From NCBI GenBank assembly GCA_040766885.1, contig JAXGPP010000008.1, forward strand, positions 373,659-437,658: a stretch of 64,000 nt of DNA. Reading direction: 5' to 3'. The translations under genes were made by a program, and so were the position numbers. This document shows, one piece after another, positions 32,382 through 43,049 of the stretch. Each line of letters starts with the position of its first letter. Within the stretch, counting starts at the first letter, position 1. The notes beneath the pieces are model-generated. The model saw only the letters and a list, made by a program, of their open reading frames with translations, did not search any database and was not told where the DNA came from. Source of the stretch: Thermoguttaceae bacterium (lineage in GTDB: Bacteria > Planctomycetota > Planctomycetia > Pirellulales > Thermoguttaceae).

Positions 32382-32443
32382 GGAGGTCACGGGTTTAGCA
32401 AACCCGCGCTTTCGACCACTCAGCCACCTCTCCAAGTGCGTGC
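32355..32443 (-). tRNA. tRNA-Ser(GCT), class II; integration target
   Basis: The reverse complement reads GGAGAGGTGGCTGAGTGGTCGAAAGCGCGGGTTTGCTAAACCCGTGACCTCCTCAAAGGGGTCCGCAGGTTCGAATCCTGTCCTCTCCG. Acceptor GGAGAGG/CCTCTCC, anticodon loop TTGCTAA, long variable arm. Confidence 0.8.
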
Positions 32444-32676
32444 GGCTCAGCCAAGGGGCTGTGCCCTCTTTATTGTATCGCTTCAGGCACCACCCGCAAG
32501 TCGGCACGTCCCCACCCAACCGTTCCGTGACGGGGTGTTGGCGGCCAGCTCGCGTCTGGCAGAACAAAGGCGAATAAATTATGATTAAGGTTCGGCGGAA
32601 CAACAGTTTTCGCTCATTCTTCCGTGGGGAGACGCCTGGGCGCCCGACGGCAAAACCATTACTCCGAGGGGTTTGC

Positions 32677-32988
32677 ATGGCTCGTAACCGAATCGTCAAT
32701 CGCAAGGAGTTGCGGGCAGTCAACGAAGCCGCCGAGCAGAAGGGGGCCGCGGCGGCAAAGGCAAGCCCGGTGGCCAAGAAGGCGCCAGCCAAGCGAAAGC
32801 CTCGCACCAAGGTGGTCAAGGAGGTCCGGCTGAAGGCATTCTGGGGCGTCTTCAGCCAGTCGATGACTCCGGTGGTGATGTTCGAGTACAGCCAGCGAAA
32901 AGAAGCCGACCAGAAAGCCGCCGAGCTCTCCGAATCACGGAAGACGCCGCATTTCGTGCAGTTGGTCAAGAAAGTGATCGAGGAATAG
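32677..32988 (+). CDS. Hypothetical basic, Lys/Ala-rich protein
   Basis: MARNRIVNRKELRAVNEAAEQKGAAAAKASPVAKKAPAKRKPRTKVVKEVRLKAFWGVF..., histone-like composition. Confidence 0.4.
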   Translation: MARNRIVNRKELRAVNEAAEQKGAAAAKASPVAKKAPAKRKPRTKVVKEVRLKAFWGVFSQSMTPVVMFEYSQRKEADQKAAELSESRKTPHFVQLVKKVIEE

Positions 32989-33401
32989 TCTGGGGTCGGG
33001 ACATTCCCCGTGGCGACGCACTTCGCCGGGCCATGCCGGGAGATCTGTCTGGCAGGACGATCCCCTGCGGCATGCTCCACCTCGCCGCTTTCGGCGCCAG
33101 CCCAGCCGGCTACCCGATAAGCTCCTTGACGCGCACGATCGGCCCCGATTAGCCTATTGATTCCGTGGTTAATTGCCGAGCACTGCGGTCGGTATCGGCC
33201 GGAAGATCGGGCCCGTCTCAGTTGTCTTCGTTCTGCAATCAATCCGGGACCGGGTGAAGGACCGAAATTGCCGGTGCGCCTTGTTGAAGACAGCACTGGA
33301 AGCGGTTGCACGGCCCCGCCTTCCATTGCAGACCGGCACTGTAGCTTCGGGGTCCATATCCCAGGCGAACACCGATCGACGCACGAGCCATCGAGGGAGA
33401 G

Positions 33402-34979
33402 GTGACGATGTTTTTCAAAGACGGCCAGACAGTGGGGATCGACCTGGGTACGACCTATTCGACGGTGGCTCAGGTGAACGACGATGGGCAACCCGTGGCT
33501 CTGCCCAACGACGATGGCGATGTCGAGACCGCCAGCGTGATCCTGCTGGCCGCCAATGGGCACGTGGTCGTGGGCCCCAACCGCATGCGGGCCGCGATGG
33601 AAGACCCTGAGAATGTGGTCGAACGGGTGAAGCGCTACATGGGCTCGATTGAGTTCCAGCGGACGTTCGACGGCCGCGAGATCACCCCGGAGTTCTTCTC
33701 AGCGCTGATCCTCAAGAAGCTCCGCCAGGACGGGGAGAAGCGGATCGGCACCATCGGCAACGCGGTGATCACCGTGCCCTACTACTTCAACGACGCCCGC
33801 CGCAAGGCCACCCAGGACGCGGGGCGGATCGCCGGCGTCAACGTCGTCGACATCATCAACGAGCCAACCGCGGCCACGTTGACCTACGCCTGGCACAAGG
33901 GAGAGTTGGGCGTGGGGAGCGAAGACAACCCGAAGCGGGTGTTGATTTACGACCTGGGCGGCGGCACGTTCGACGTAACCGTGGTCCAGTACACGCCGAC
34001 CCACTTCCAGGTGCTGGCCACCGATGGCGACGTTCAATTGGGCGGCGTCGATTGGAACGATCGCTTGCTGGACTACGTTGCCGACGAGTTCAAATCCCGG
34101 CACGGCGCCGATCCGCGCGAGTCGGCGCAGACCGTGCAGATGCTCCGTAACGACTGCGATCTGGCCAAGATGGAGCTCACGGAGAAGCCGGAGACCACGA
34201 TCACCTGCCGCCATGGCGGCAGGGCGACCACCGTGAAGATCACCGCCGAACAATTCGAGAACCTCACCGCCGACCTGCTGCAGCGGACGGCGGACACCAC
34301 GCACCTGGTGATCGACCAGGCCGGCCTCAAGCCCCAGCAGCTCGACGCCATTGTGCTCGTCGGCGGCTCGACGCTGATGCCGCCGGTGCGGCGGATGATC
34401 AAGCAGGTGACGGGCATCGAGCCGTACACGGGTCTCTCGCCATACACTTCCGTCGCCCAGGGAGCGGCAATCCACGCCGCGATCCTGGAGGTGAAGCACC
34501 GCGGCGACGCCAGCGGGATGTCGGAGAAAGTCCGCAAACTGCTCGGCAATATCAGGCAGGAGAACGTCAATTCGCACGGCCTGGGAGTGGCGGCGGTGAA
34601 TCCCAAGTCGGGCAAGCTGATCAACCACGTCATGATCCCGCGGAACACGCGGCTTCCCGTGCAGGCCAGCCAGGTGTTCAAGACCACTCGAGACAATCAG
34701 GAGCGCGTCAGCGTGCAGGTCCTGGAGGGAGACGCTCCCGATCCGGCCGCCTGCTCGCTGCTGGGCAAGTGCCGCATCACGGAGTTGCCGGGCGACCTGC
34801 CGCGCGGTTCGTTGATTGAAGTTACCTATGCGTTTGACGCCTCGGGGCGGATTACCGTCAAGGCCCGCGACAAGACGGGCGGCAAAGAAGCACGGATCTC
34901 CATTGAGCGCCGCGGCCGGCTCACCGAGGAGCAGGTCGACGCCTACGGCAAGCTGGCCTCGGAGTACCACGTGGAGTAG
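33402..34979 (+). CDS. Hsp70-family ATPase (DnaK/HscC-like, short form)
   Basis: [22 protein letters not shown] and LVGGSTLMP motifs. 525 aa with a truncated lid. Confidence 0.8.
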   Translation: MTMFFKDGQTVGIDLGTTYSTVAQVNDDGQPVALPNDDGDVETASVILLAANGHVVVGPNRMRAAMEDPENVVERVKRYMGSIEFQRTFDGREITPEFFSALILKKLRQDGEKRIGTIGNAVITVPYYFNDARRKATQDAGRIAGVNVVDIINEPTAATLTYAWHKGELGVGSEDNPKRVLIYDLGGGTFDVTVVQYTPTHFQVLATDGDVQLGGVDWNDRLLDYVADEFKSRHGADPRESAQTVQMLRNDCDLAKMELTEKPETTITCRHGGRATTVKITAEQFENLTADLLQRTADTTHLVIDQAGLKPQQLDAIVLVGGSTLMPPVRRMIKQVTGIEPYTGLSPYTSVAQGAAIHAAILEVKHRGDASGMSEKVRKLLGNIRQENVNSHGLGVAAVNPKSGKLINHVMIPRNTRLPVQASQVFKTTRDNQERVSVQVLEGDAPDPAACSLLGKCRITELPGDLPRGSLIEVTYAFDASGRITVKARDKTGGKEARISIERRGRLTEEQVDAYGKLASEYHVE

Positions 34980-34989
34980 TGAACGACCC

Positions 34990-36006
34990 ATGCCCAAACA
35001 GCAGATCGACGTCTACCGCGATTGGCTCGGCATCAAGGAATCGGCCCGGCCGCTGAACTATTACCAGATCCTGCGGCTGAAGCAGTTCGAGGACAATGTC
35101 GAGAAGATCCGCGAACACTACCGCAAGATGAACGCGCACGTGCGGAAGTTCTCCACGGGCGAGTTCGCCACCGAGTCGCAGCAGTTGCTCAACGAACTGG
35201 CCCGAGCAATGCTCGGACTCACCGACCAGCAGCGGAAGCGGGAGTACGACGCCAGCCTCGGCCGGCAGCAGGCCGAGGAGGGACGCCGCCGGACCTTGGA
35301 AGAGATTCTGCTGGCCAACAAGGCGCTCACCCAGGAGCAACTGGCCAAAGCTCGCAACTTCGCGAATGCCGTGGGGCTCGATACCCGCGACGCAATCCTG
35401 CAGCAGAAACTCGCCACGCCGGAAACCGTCTGGCTCGCCTACGCGGAGTCGGTGGGCCTGCCCTATCTGGAGTTGGAAGATATCGGCGTCGATGAGAGTC
35501 TCGTGCCGGCCGTCCCGGCGCCCCTGGCACGGCAGCATTCATTCGTGCCGGTCATGGTCGATCGCGGGCAACTGCTGGTCGCTTCGCCCAATCCGGTCGT
35601 GCCTGATGTGGAGGAGGAACTCCGTCTGCGGATGGGCATGCCGGTACGGTCTATTCTCTGCACGCCGTCGCGGATCAACGACGCGATCACCAGGTATTAC
35701 GGCAAAGACGCGCCGATTGTGGCCGCTCCCGTGATCGGCAAGGCCACGGCGGCGCCGGCGGCAGCAGCGCCCGCCGCCACCGTCGAGCCCGCCGGCCCGG
35801 CCCTCTCGGCGCAGGAGCAGATGAAACGGTACGGCATGTTCGCGCTGATCGCATTCAACATCACCGTGGTGGCCTTCGTCTTTGGCAGTGCCCTGCTGAC
35901 CGGGCCGCTGGCCGGGCGATTCACCGGCGTAGCCATAATGGCGATCATCGCGGGGCTGGTCGTGGGCGGGATCACTTTCGTCACTGCCAAATCGCTCAGG
36001 CTGTAG
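34990..36006 (+). CDS. J-domain-like N-terminus, GspE/MshE N-terminal (T2SSE_N) domain, C-terminal membrane anchor
   Basis: [24 protein letters not shown] is J-like. [48 protein letters not shown] is T2SSE_N. Two C-terminal TM helices. Confidence 0.6.
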   Translation: MPKQQIDVYRDWLGIKESARPLNYYQILRLKQFEDNVEKIREHYRKMNAHVRKFSTGEFATESQQLLNELARAMLGLTDQQRKREYDASLGRQQAEEGRRRTLEEILLANKALTQEQLAKARNFANAVGLDTRDAILQQKLATPETVWLAYAESVGLPYLELEDIGVDESLVPAVPAPLARQHSFVPVMVDRGQLLVASPNPVVPDVEEELRLRMGMPVRSILCTPSRINDAITRYYGKDAPIVAAPVIGKATAAPAAAAPAATVEPAGPALSAQEQMKRYGMFALIAFNITVVAFVFGSALLTGPLAGRFTGVAIMAIIAGLVVGGITFVTAKSLRL

Positions 36007-36047
36007 CACGGCTTGTCTGGCAGCCGGTTCGTGCGATACTTGTCGGC

Positions 36048-37283
36048 ATGAACCAACACCCTGGCGCCTCCTCGCACCCCGCCCCGGCCGGTCTGCCTGA
36101 CGCCCTGCGCTCGCTCGTCGGCCAGCCGCTCATGTGGCTGCTGGCCGCGATCCCGTTGGCGGTTGGATTGGAACTGGCGCATGTCGGCGAGCTGTGGGTC
36201 TTCATCGCCTCGGCGGTGGCGATCATTCCCTTGGCCGGATTGATGGGGAGGGCCACCGAGAATCTCGCCGAGACGCTCGGCGCGGCGGTCGGCGGCCTGC
36301 TCAACGCCACGTTCGGCAATGCCGCCGAGCTGATTATCGCCCTGATCGCGATCTCGAAGGGGCCGGCGATGTATCCGCTCGTGAAGGCTTCGATCACGGG
36401 TTCGATCATCGGCAACGTCCTGTTGGTGCTCGGCCTGTCGATTCTGCTGGGCGGGCTCAAATTCGACCGCCAGCAGTTCAATCGCACTGCGGCCAGCATG
36501 GGAGCGACCCTGCTGGCCCTGGCGGCGATCGGGCTGTTGATGCCCACGATGTTCTTCTATCAGTCGCGGTTCAACCTCGACCAGATTGAAAAGACCGCGC
36601 CCGCCGCGTCGCAGGCGGAAGCTGGACCCGAGGATGCCGGAGTGGCCACGGTCGACCAAGCGAGCCTTGTCCACCTGAGCGAGGAGATCGCCGGCATCCT
36701 GGCCTTCATCTACCTGCTCAGCCTGGTGTTCTCGTTGCGTACGCACCAGCATCTCTTCGCCGGTCCTCAGGAGAGCCTGCCGACGACCGGCGCCCATCAC
36801 CAGCCTGAGTGGAGCCGCACCACTTCGATCACCATGCTGGTCATTTCGACGGCCGGAGTGGCGTGGATGAGCGAATTGCTGGTCGGCTCAGTGGAACATG
36901 CCGGGCACGCCCTGAGTATGAACGCCGTGTTCGTCGGCGTAATCGTGGTGGCGGTGATCGGCAACGCGGCCGAGCACTCGACCGCAGTCCTGGTGGCAAT
37001 GAAGGACAAGATGGATTTGGCCGTGAACATCGCCGTCGGCAGCGGCATCCAGATCGCCCTGTTTGTCGCCCCGGTGCTCGTCTTCGCCAGCCTGTTGATG
37101 AACGACCAGCCGCTCGACCTGCATTTCACCGTTCTGGAGATGGTCACGGTGATCCTGGCGGTGGGCGTGTTGGCCTTGGTATGCCAGGACGGCGAGACCC
37201 ACTGGATGGAAGGCGTCATGCTGTTGGGCGTGTACGTGATCCTCGGATTGGGGTTCTATCATCTCCCCTCCGCGAATCCGTAG
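36048..37283 (+). CDS. Ca2+/H+ antiporter (CaCA family, ChaA-like)
   Basis: Two GNAAEL/GNAAEH alpha-repeat motifs and 10-11 TM segments. Confidence 0.8.
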   Translation: MNQHPGASSHPAPAGLPDALRSLVGQPLMWLLAAIPLAVGLELAHVGELWVFIASAVAIIPLAGLMGRATENLAETLGAAVGGLLNATFGNAAELIIALIAISKGPAMYPLVKASITGSIIGNVLLVLGLSILLGGLKFDRQQFNRTAASMGATLLALAAIGLLMPTMFFYQSRFNLDQIEKTAPAASQAEAGPEDAGVATVDQASLVHLSEEIAGILAFIYLLSLVFSLRTHQHLFAGPQESLPTTGAHHQPEWSRTTSITMLVISTAGVAWMSELLVGSVEHAGHALSMNAVFVGVIVVAVIGNAAEHSTAVLVAMKDKMDLAVNIAVGSGIQIALFVAPVLVFASLLMNDQPLDLHFTVLEMVTVILAVGVLALVCQDGETHWMEGVMLLGVYVILGLGFYHLPSANP

Positions 37284-38687
37284 CGAGTCGATACTTCGCT
37301 CTCACGGCGGTCGACGTGCGCGACTCGATCGTCTTGCCGGTCCGTTTCGCCCGGTTTCGGAAAGCTTGTCTGCTGGTGAAATCCTGCGCCCGGTCGGGCC
37401 GTGACGCGATGCAAAGTTTTTCTCAAGTCGCAAGCCGCTTCGATTCCGGCACTTAGCGCTGCGAGGCGTGCAAGCGACAAAGAAATCCGAAAAGCGTTCT
37501 TTGACTTTGCGTCTGCGTCGTGTATATCCACTTGCCGGAGGACAACGACGCACGAAAGCCCGAATTCGAAAGCGTGACGGCGTGTCTTCTTTATTAGCCG
37601 ACGTTTGGTGAAAGGAACCAGCGATGCGGTGCACGTGCTCGGCCCGCGTTCTGCGGGCGACGATGTCGCCAAGGAGACGTTTCCGCTCCGGGCCTGGGTA
37701 GCGGGCGTCCGGTCAAGAATGGCCGGATGCCCCTGACGACGGTGGTCGCCAACCCAATCCCAACGCCAGGAGCCACGAGTCGTTCACAAGTACCAACCGC
37801 TTTCCGCCGGCTGTCGTGCGGGTGTACGGCTTCGTCCGCCCGATGCAAGATTGCCGGCCCAGCCTGGTCGAGCCCACGGGCTCCCAGGCTGCCGCAACAC
37901 GCGCCCAACAGGCGATGCAGGTGCGACGCAAGTCGTCCGGCGGTGGCAGCGGAAGGCGGTTGGCGGGCGGGTTGCCGCGTGACACGTGCAAGCGCATTCG
38001 GCCTCGCCAGAGCCGACTTCCAAAGGCCGTTTTGGCCCGGCGGAACCGGCGAAAAATCGCTTATTTTTGCGCTTGCCATCGATTCGTTCGGCGTTAGAAT
38101 GAAGTCGTTGCCAGGGTTAAAGTCGCCCGGCCACATCTGAGTGCCAGCCATTCGGCTTCCCTCTGATGGGTTCTGCGGCGAAGTGACTCAATATCCTGGC
38201 ACGGCTGGAATAAACGAGGGTGCTCATCATGGTAATGAGGTTCGCCCGTTCCTGTCCGCTTTTTTAGGCACTCGGCAATCGTACCGGGTGCCTTCTCGTC
38301 CGCCGACGCTGGCGGAGCATGCACGCAGCTCTCGGCGACAAATCCGGCGCGAGCCGGTGGCCGGCAACGCGGGCGTGGCTGATCACCTCGTCTCGAAGCC
38401 CGGTTTGGCTCCTTCATTTTGGCCTTGTATTGAGGAGTCGCACGTTTAACCCTGCTTTAGTGGATTTGTCGGCGCGTTTGGCGCTTGTGGACGAGATCGG
38501 TTACGGCTGGGTTATGCCCTCTTAGGTGTGGCACGACCCCGACAACATGCGAGTGCATGTGACCCGTCCCCCGCGTCAAACGCGCCTATCTTTTATCTTT
38601 TTGCGCAGATTGAACCCCTGAAAACGTAGGTGGCGAGTCCCCGGGCAACGGCTCAAGACGCTTCGCGGACGACACTGCAAACGCCGT

Positions 38688-39830
38688 CTATTTCACCTCA
38701 AGCATGCGCTCGAGCGCCACCAACGCGTCCGACGCAGTCTGGTCGTCGACGCGGATCACGTTGACTGGAGTGCCGGCCTCCAGGCTCTCCAGCGCCCAGC
38801 AGAGATGCGCCAAGTCGATGCGGTACATCGTCGCGCACATGCAGACCAGCGGCGACAGGAAATGGATTTCCTGTTCCGGGTGTTCGTGCTTGAGCCGGTT
38901 CACCAGGTGAAGTTCGGTGCCGATAGCCCACTGTGTACCCGGCGGGGCCTCGCGAACGGCGGCGATGATCCTGCCGGTTGAGCCGATGACGTCGGCTTTT
39001 CCCACAACCTCCATCGTGCATTCGGGGTGAACCAGAATCCTGATCCCCGGATACTTCGCGCGGAACTGGTCGACGTGTTCCGGGCGGAACATCTGGTGAA
39101 CACTGCAGTGCCCGCGCCACAAGACCACACGGCTGGACTGAATCGCCGCAGGGGAGTTGCCGCCAAGTTTTTCCTGATGCGGATCCCATACGGGCATTTC
39201 ATCGACCCCGATGCCCAGTCCGAGGGCCGTATTGCGGCCCAGGTGCTGGTCGGGGAAGAACAGCACGCGACGCCGGCGCGCAAACGACCACTCCAGCACC
39301 GCCCGGGCGTTGGCCGAGGTGCAGACAATCCCGCCGTGCTGCCCGCAGAATGCCTTCAGGCTGGCCGCCGAGTTGACGTAAGTGACAGGCATGACGTCAT
39401 CGGCATCGATCACTTCGCCCAGTTGCCGCCAGCAGTCCTCGACCTGTTCGATCTCGGCCATGTCCGCCATGGAGCACCCGGCACTCAGATCAGGCAGGAC
39501 AACCGTCACCCGCTCGCCTCCGCGCGAGGCCAACCGTTGTGGCCGGTTGGCGAGAATGTCGGCAGTCTCGGCCATGAAGTGCACGCCGCAGAAGGCGATC
39601 GCGCGGCACTCCTCGTTGGCGGCCGCCAAGGCGCTGAGCTGGTAACTGTCTCCGCGGAGATCCGACAGCGCGATCACCTCGTCGCGCTGGTAGTGGTGGC
39701 CGAGGATCAGCAGCCGCTGTCCCATCCGTTGCTTGACTGCCTTGATGCGTGCCGTCAGCACGCCGTCCTCCAGGGACTTGTACTCGCGCAAATGGGAAGC
39801 AGATGCCGCGTGATCGGCCAGAGTGCTCAT
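38688..39830 (-). CDS. nadA: Quinolinate synthase NadA
   Basis: 380 aa. LILGHHYQRDEVIALSDLRGDSYQLS ... AFCGVHFMAETADIL ... conserved Cys ligands. Confidence 0.85.
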   Translation of the reverse strand: MSTLADHAASASHLREYKSLEDGVLTARIKAVKQRMGQRLLILGHHYQRDEVIALSDLRGDSYQLSALAAANEECRAIAFCGVHFMAETADILANRPQRLASRGGERVTVVLPDLSAGCSMADMAEIEQVEDCWRQLGEVIDADDVMPVTYVNSAASLKAFCGQHGGIVCTSANARAVLEWSFARRRRVLFFPDQHLGRNTALGLGIGVDEMPVWDPHQEKLGGNSPAAIQSSRVVLWRGHCSVHQMFRPEHVDQFRAKYPGIRILVHPECTMEVVGKADVIGSTGRIIAAVREAPPGTQWAIGTELHLVNRLKHEHPEQEIHFLSPLVCMCATMYRIDLAHLCWALESLEAGTPVNVIRVDDQTASDALVALERMLEVK

Positions 39831-39909
39831 GCTATTTCAAACGGGCGTGAATGTGGCGAATTGGAACCTTCTGGGTACAACATGGCCTGCCGGCAATTGG
39901 GACGCAGAC

Positions 39910-40335
39910 CTACTCAATATCAATAATATCGTCTTCGGACCGATAGGGCGCTGTTCGCGGGACGGCGCGCACGATCAGCTTCGAGGCTACCCGCCGGGCA
40001 ACATAGCGGCGAATGCGCCGACGGATCGCCGGCACCAACAGCAGAAGCGCTGCCGCGTCGGTGATCACTCCGGGAGTGACGAGCAGGACACTCGCCAGCA
40101 ACACCATAACGCCGTCAAACAGCGAATCCGCCGGCAATTCGCCGCGTGTGGTCTCCGCCTTGATCCTCCTCCAACACCGCAGCCCTTCCCGCCGGGCCAA
40201 CCATGCCCCGGTGAACCCGGTACCGATCACGATCACTAGGGGAACCCACCAACTCGTGTTGCCGCCGATCCAGAGCAGCAGGACCAGCTCCAGAAAAGGG
40301 ACGACGGTGAATAATACCAGGAGTCGAAGCAGCAC
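39910..40335 (-). CDS. fxsA: FxsA family membrane protein
   Basis: MLLRLLVLFTVVPFLELVLLLWIG... Confidence 0.7.
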   Translation of the reverse strand: MLLRLLVLFTVVPFLELVLLLWIGGNTSWWVPLVIVIGTGFTGAWLARREGLRCWRRIKAETTRGELPADSLFDGVMVLLASVLLVTPGVITDAAALLLLVPAIRRRIRRYVARRVASKLIVRAVPRTAPYRSEDDIIDIE

Positions 40336-40542
40336 AGGCGCGCCATCGGGGGTTTCCTTATTCTATTCTCCGTTCAGGTGGGGTCAATTGAACGCCAAAT
40401 CGCGTGTATGCGGCGAATGCTGCGGAAACGAGCCCCGACGAGGCGTCCTAGCTGTGTTGACTACCGGCAGCCGGACCATTGCGATTTATGCCCTCAGGAG
40501 CCAGAATGGCAGAGCCGTATTGTTACTGCGGGAGGCGATGCA

Positions 40543-42306
40543 ATGACGACGAGGGCGGAAAGGGCCGATCCCCGGGCGCAAGCACTGCCGAAGTGCCCGA
40601 CAGGCATTCGGGGGTTCGATGAGATTACCGATGGCGGGCTGCCGCGGGGGCGGCCGACACTCGTCTGCGGGGCGGCCGGTTGCGGCAAGACGCTCCTGGC
40701 GATGGAATTCCTGCTCCGCGGCATCCTCGATTATGGCGAGCCGGGAGCCTTTGTCGCCTTCGAGGAAACGGCCGAGGAACTGGCCAGCAACGTTCGCTCG
40801 CTGGGCTTCGACCTCAACGCGCTGGTCGCCCAAGACAAGCTCCTGGTGGATCACGTCCGCGTCGAGCGGAGCGAGATCGAGGAGACGGGCGAATATGACC
40901 TGGAAGGGCTTTTCATCCGACTCGGCCTGGCGATCGACACGGTAGGCGCCAAGCGGATCGTGCTCGACACGTTGGAATCGCTGTTCAGCGGCTTTTCCAA
41001 CACGGCGATCCTGCGGGCCGAACTGCGGCGGCTCTTCCGCTGGCTCAAGGACCGGGGTGTCACGGCGGTCATCACCGGCGAGCGGGGCGACGGCGCCCTG
41101 ACGCGCCACGGGTTGGAAGAATATGTCTCCGATTGTGTGATTCTCCTGGACCATCGCGTCAACGAGAATATCTCCACGCGGCGGCTCCGCGTGGTGAAGT
41201 ACCGCGGGTCCACGCATGGGACGAATGAGTACCCGTTCCTTATCGACGAAGACGGGATTTCGGTAGTTCCGATCACGTCGCTAGGCCTGACGCACGCGGC
41301 TTCCGAAGAGCGAATCCCAACCGGCGTGTCGCGGCTGGACACGATGCTGGGAGGCGAAGGGTTCTACCGGGGAAGCAGTGTCCTGGTCTCCGGCACGGCG
41401 GGCACCGGCAAGACAAGCCTTGGGGCGCACTTCGCCGCCGAGACCTGCCGCCGCGGCGAGCAGTGCCTGTACTTCGCCTTCGAGGAATCGGCCAGCCAGT
41501 TGGTACGGAACATGCGGTCGATCGGGATCGATCTCCAGCCGCATATCGATGCGGGGCGGCTCAGGTTCCATGCCTCCCGGCCGACGCTGCACGGCCTGGA
41601 GATGCACCTGGCGCAGATCCATCGCGAGGTCGAGCGGTACCAACCCCGGGTAGTGGTCATCGATCCGATAACCAATTTCACCTCGGCCGGCAGCACGCGG
41701 GAAGTGAACTCGATGCTGCTGCGGATCATCGACTTTTTCAAGGCCCGGCAGATCACCGCGATGTTCACCAGCTTGATGGCGGGGGGCGAGGCGATCGAGA
41801 GCACCGAGGTGGGCGTCTCGAGCCTGATGGATACCTGGCTGCTGCTCAAGATGCTGGAAACCAACGGCGAGCGGAACCGCGTTCTGTACGTGCTCAAGTC
41901 GCGGGGCATGTCGCATTCCCGCCAGGTTCGCGAGTTCTTGCTGACCGAACGAGGCATCGAACTGGTCGACGTGTACACCGGCCCGGAGGGCGTGCTCACC
42001 GGATCGGCACGGCTGGCGCAGGAGACCCGCGGCCGCCTGGCAGAGCAACAAGAGTGCGAGGAGATGGAGCGGCGGAGACGCGAACTGAGTCGCAAGAGAC
42101 AGGTGATCGAGTCGCAGATTGCCGATATGCAGGCTGAGCTCGAGGCCCAGGAAGAGGAGTTTGCCCAGGCGGAGGCAGAGCGTCAGGCGCACCGCAAACA
42201 GAAGGAGGCTGGTCGCCAGGCGATGGCGGCGTTTCGCCAAGCGGATGGCGGCAACGGTGATGCGAGCGCTGATCGTGGCACGAAAGAAGAGGTGATCAAT
42301 GAGTGA
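40543..42306 (+). CDS. kaiC: KaiC (double RecA-like domain) with a C-terminal coiled-coil extension
   Basis: RBS GGGAGG 8 nt before the ATG at 40543. Two Walker A motifs, [14 protein letters not shown] and [14 protein letters not shown]. The last ~80 aa are [43 protein letters not shown]. Confidence 0.85.
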   Translation: MTTRAERADPRAQALPKCPTGIRGFDEITDGGLPRGRPTLVCGAAGCGKTLLAMEFLLRGILDYGEPGAFVAFEETAEELASNVRSLGFDLNALVAQDKLLVDHVRVERSEIEETGEYDLEGLFIRLGLAIDTVGAKRIVLDTLESLFSGFSNTAILRAELRRLFRWLKDRGVTAVITGERGDGALTRHGLEEYVSDCVILLDHRVNENISTRRLRVVKYRGSTHGTNEYPFLIDEDGISVVPITSLGLTHAASEERIPTGVSRLDTMLGGEGFYRGSSVLVSGTAGTGKTSLGAHFAAETCRRGEQCLYFAFEESASQLVRNMRSIGIDLQPHIDAGRLRFHASRPTLHGLEMHLAQIHREVERYQPRVVVIDPITNFTSAGSTREVNSMLLRIIDFFKARQITAMFTSLMAGGEAIESTEVGVSSLMDTWLLLKMLETNGERNRVLYVLKSRGMSHSRQVREFLLTERGIELVDVYTGPEGVLTGSARLAQETRGRLAEQQECEEMERRRRELSRKRQVIESQIADMQAELEAQEEEFAQAEAERQAHRKQKEAGRQAMAAFRQADGGNGDASADRGTKEEVINE

Positions 42307-42640
42307 CTCGACACGCACCGCACCGTTCGAAGAGCTGGGAGGACCGGCAGTCCTGGGCCAGGAGCACTGGGACTTGCGGCTCTATGTGGCGGGTCAGACG
42401 CCCAAGTGCGTCACGGCCTTCATGAACCTGAAGCGGATCTGCGAGGAGCACCTGGCAGGCCGCTACCATATCGAGGTCGTCGACCTGCTGGAGCATCCGC
42501 AATTGGCGCGAGGCGATCAGATCCTGGCCGTGCCCACGCTGGTTCGCAAGTTGCCCGAGCCGGTGCGGAAGATTATCGGCGACTTATCCAATGCGGAGCG
42601 CGCGCTGGTCGGCCTCGATCTCCGCCCCCACCGTGCATGA
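42299..42640 (+). CDS. kaiB: KaiB (thioredoxin-like)
   Basis: [57 protein letters not shown]. Confidence 0.8.
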   Translation: MSDSTRTAPFEELGGPAVLGQEHWDLRLYVAGQTPKCVTAFMNLKRICEEHLAGRYHIEVVDLLEHPQLARGDQILAVPTLVRKLPEPVRKIIGDLSNAERALVGLDLRPHRA

Positions 42641-42653
42641 AAGAAGGCGGTTT

Positions 42654-43049
42654 ATGACCGACGAGCCGAGCACCGATTCCGACGAGCATAGCCGCAAACC
42701 ACTCGATAAGAGTTGCGACTTCGAAGCGATCCTGGCCCACCGCGATGGCGACCGCTACCGGTTGCGGTTGTTCGTCACGGGGATGACCGCACGGTCGATC
42801 CGGGCGATTTCCAACCTCAAGGCGATCTGCGAGGAGTGGCTCCCCGGCCGCTATGACCTGGAAGTGCTCGACATCCATCAGCACCCCGAGATGGCCCGCG
42901 AGCAGGACGTTATCGCGGCGCCGACGCTGGTCAAGGAATTACCGCCGCCGCTGCGGCGGCTGATCGGCGACCTGTCGGACAGCGAGCGGGTGCTCGCCGG
43001 GTTGGGGCTGGAGAAGATACCCGGTTCGCATCCGACGGATGAGGCATGA
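42654..43049 (+). CDS. kaiB: KaiB paralogue
   Basis: LRLFVTGMTARSIRAISNLKAICEEWLPGRYDLEVLDIHQHPEMAREQDVIAAPTLV. Confidence 0.75.
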   Translation: MTDEPSTDSDEHSRKPLDKSCDFEAILAHRDGDRYRLRLFVTGMTARSIRAISNLKAICEEWLPGRYDLEVLDIHQHPEMAREQDVIAAPTLVKELPPPLRRLIGDLSDSERVLAGLGLEKIPGSHPTDEA

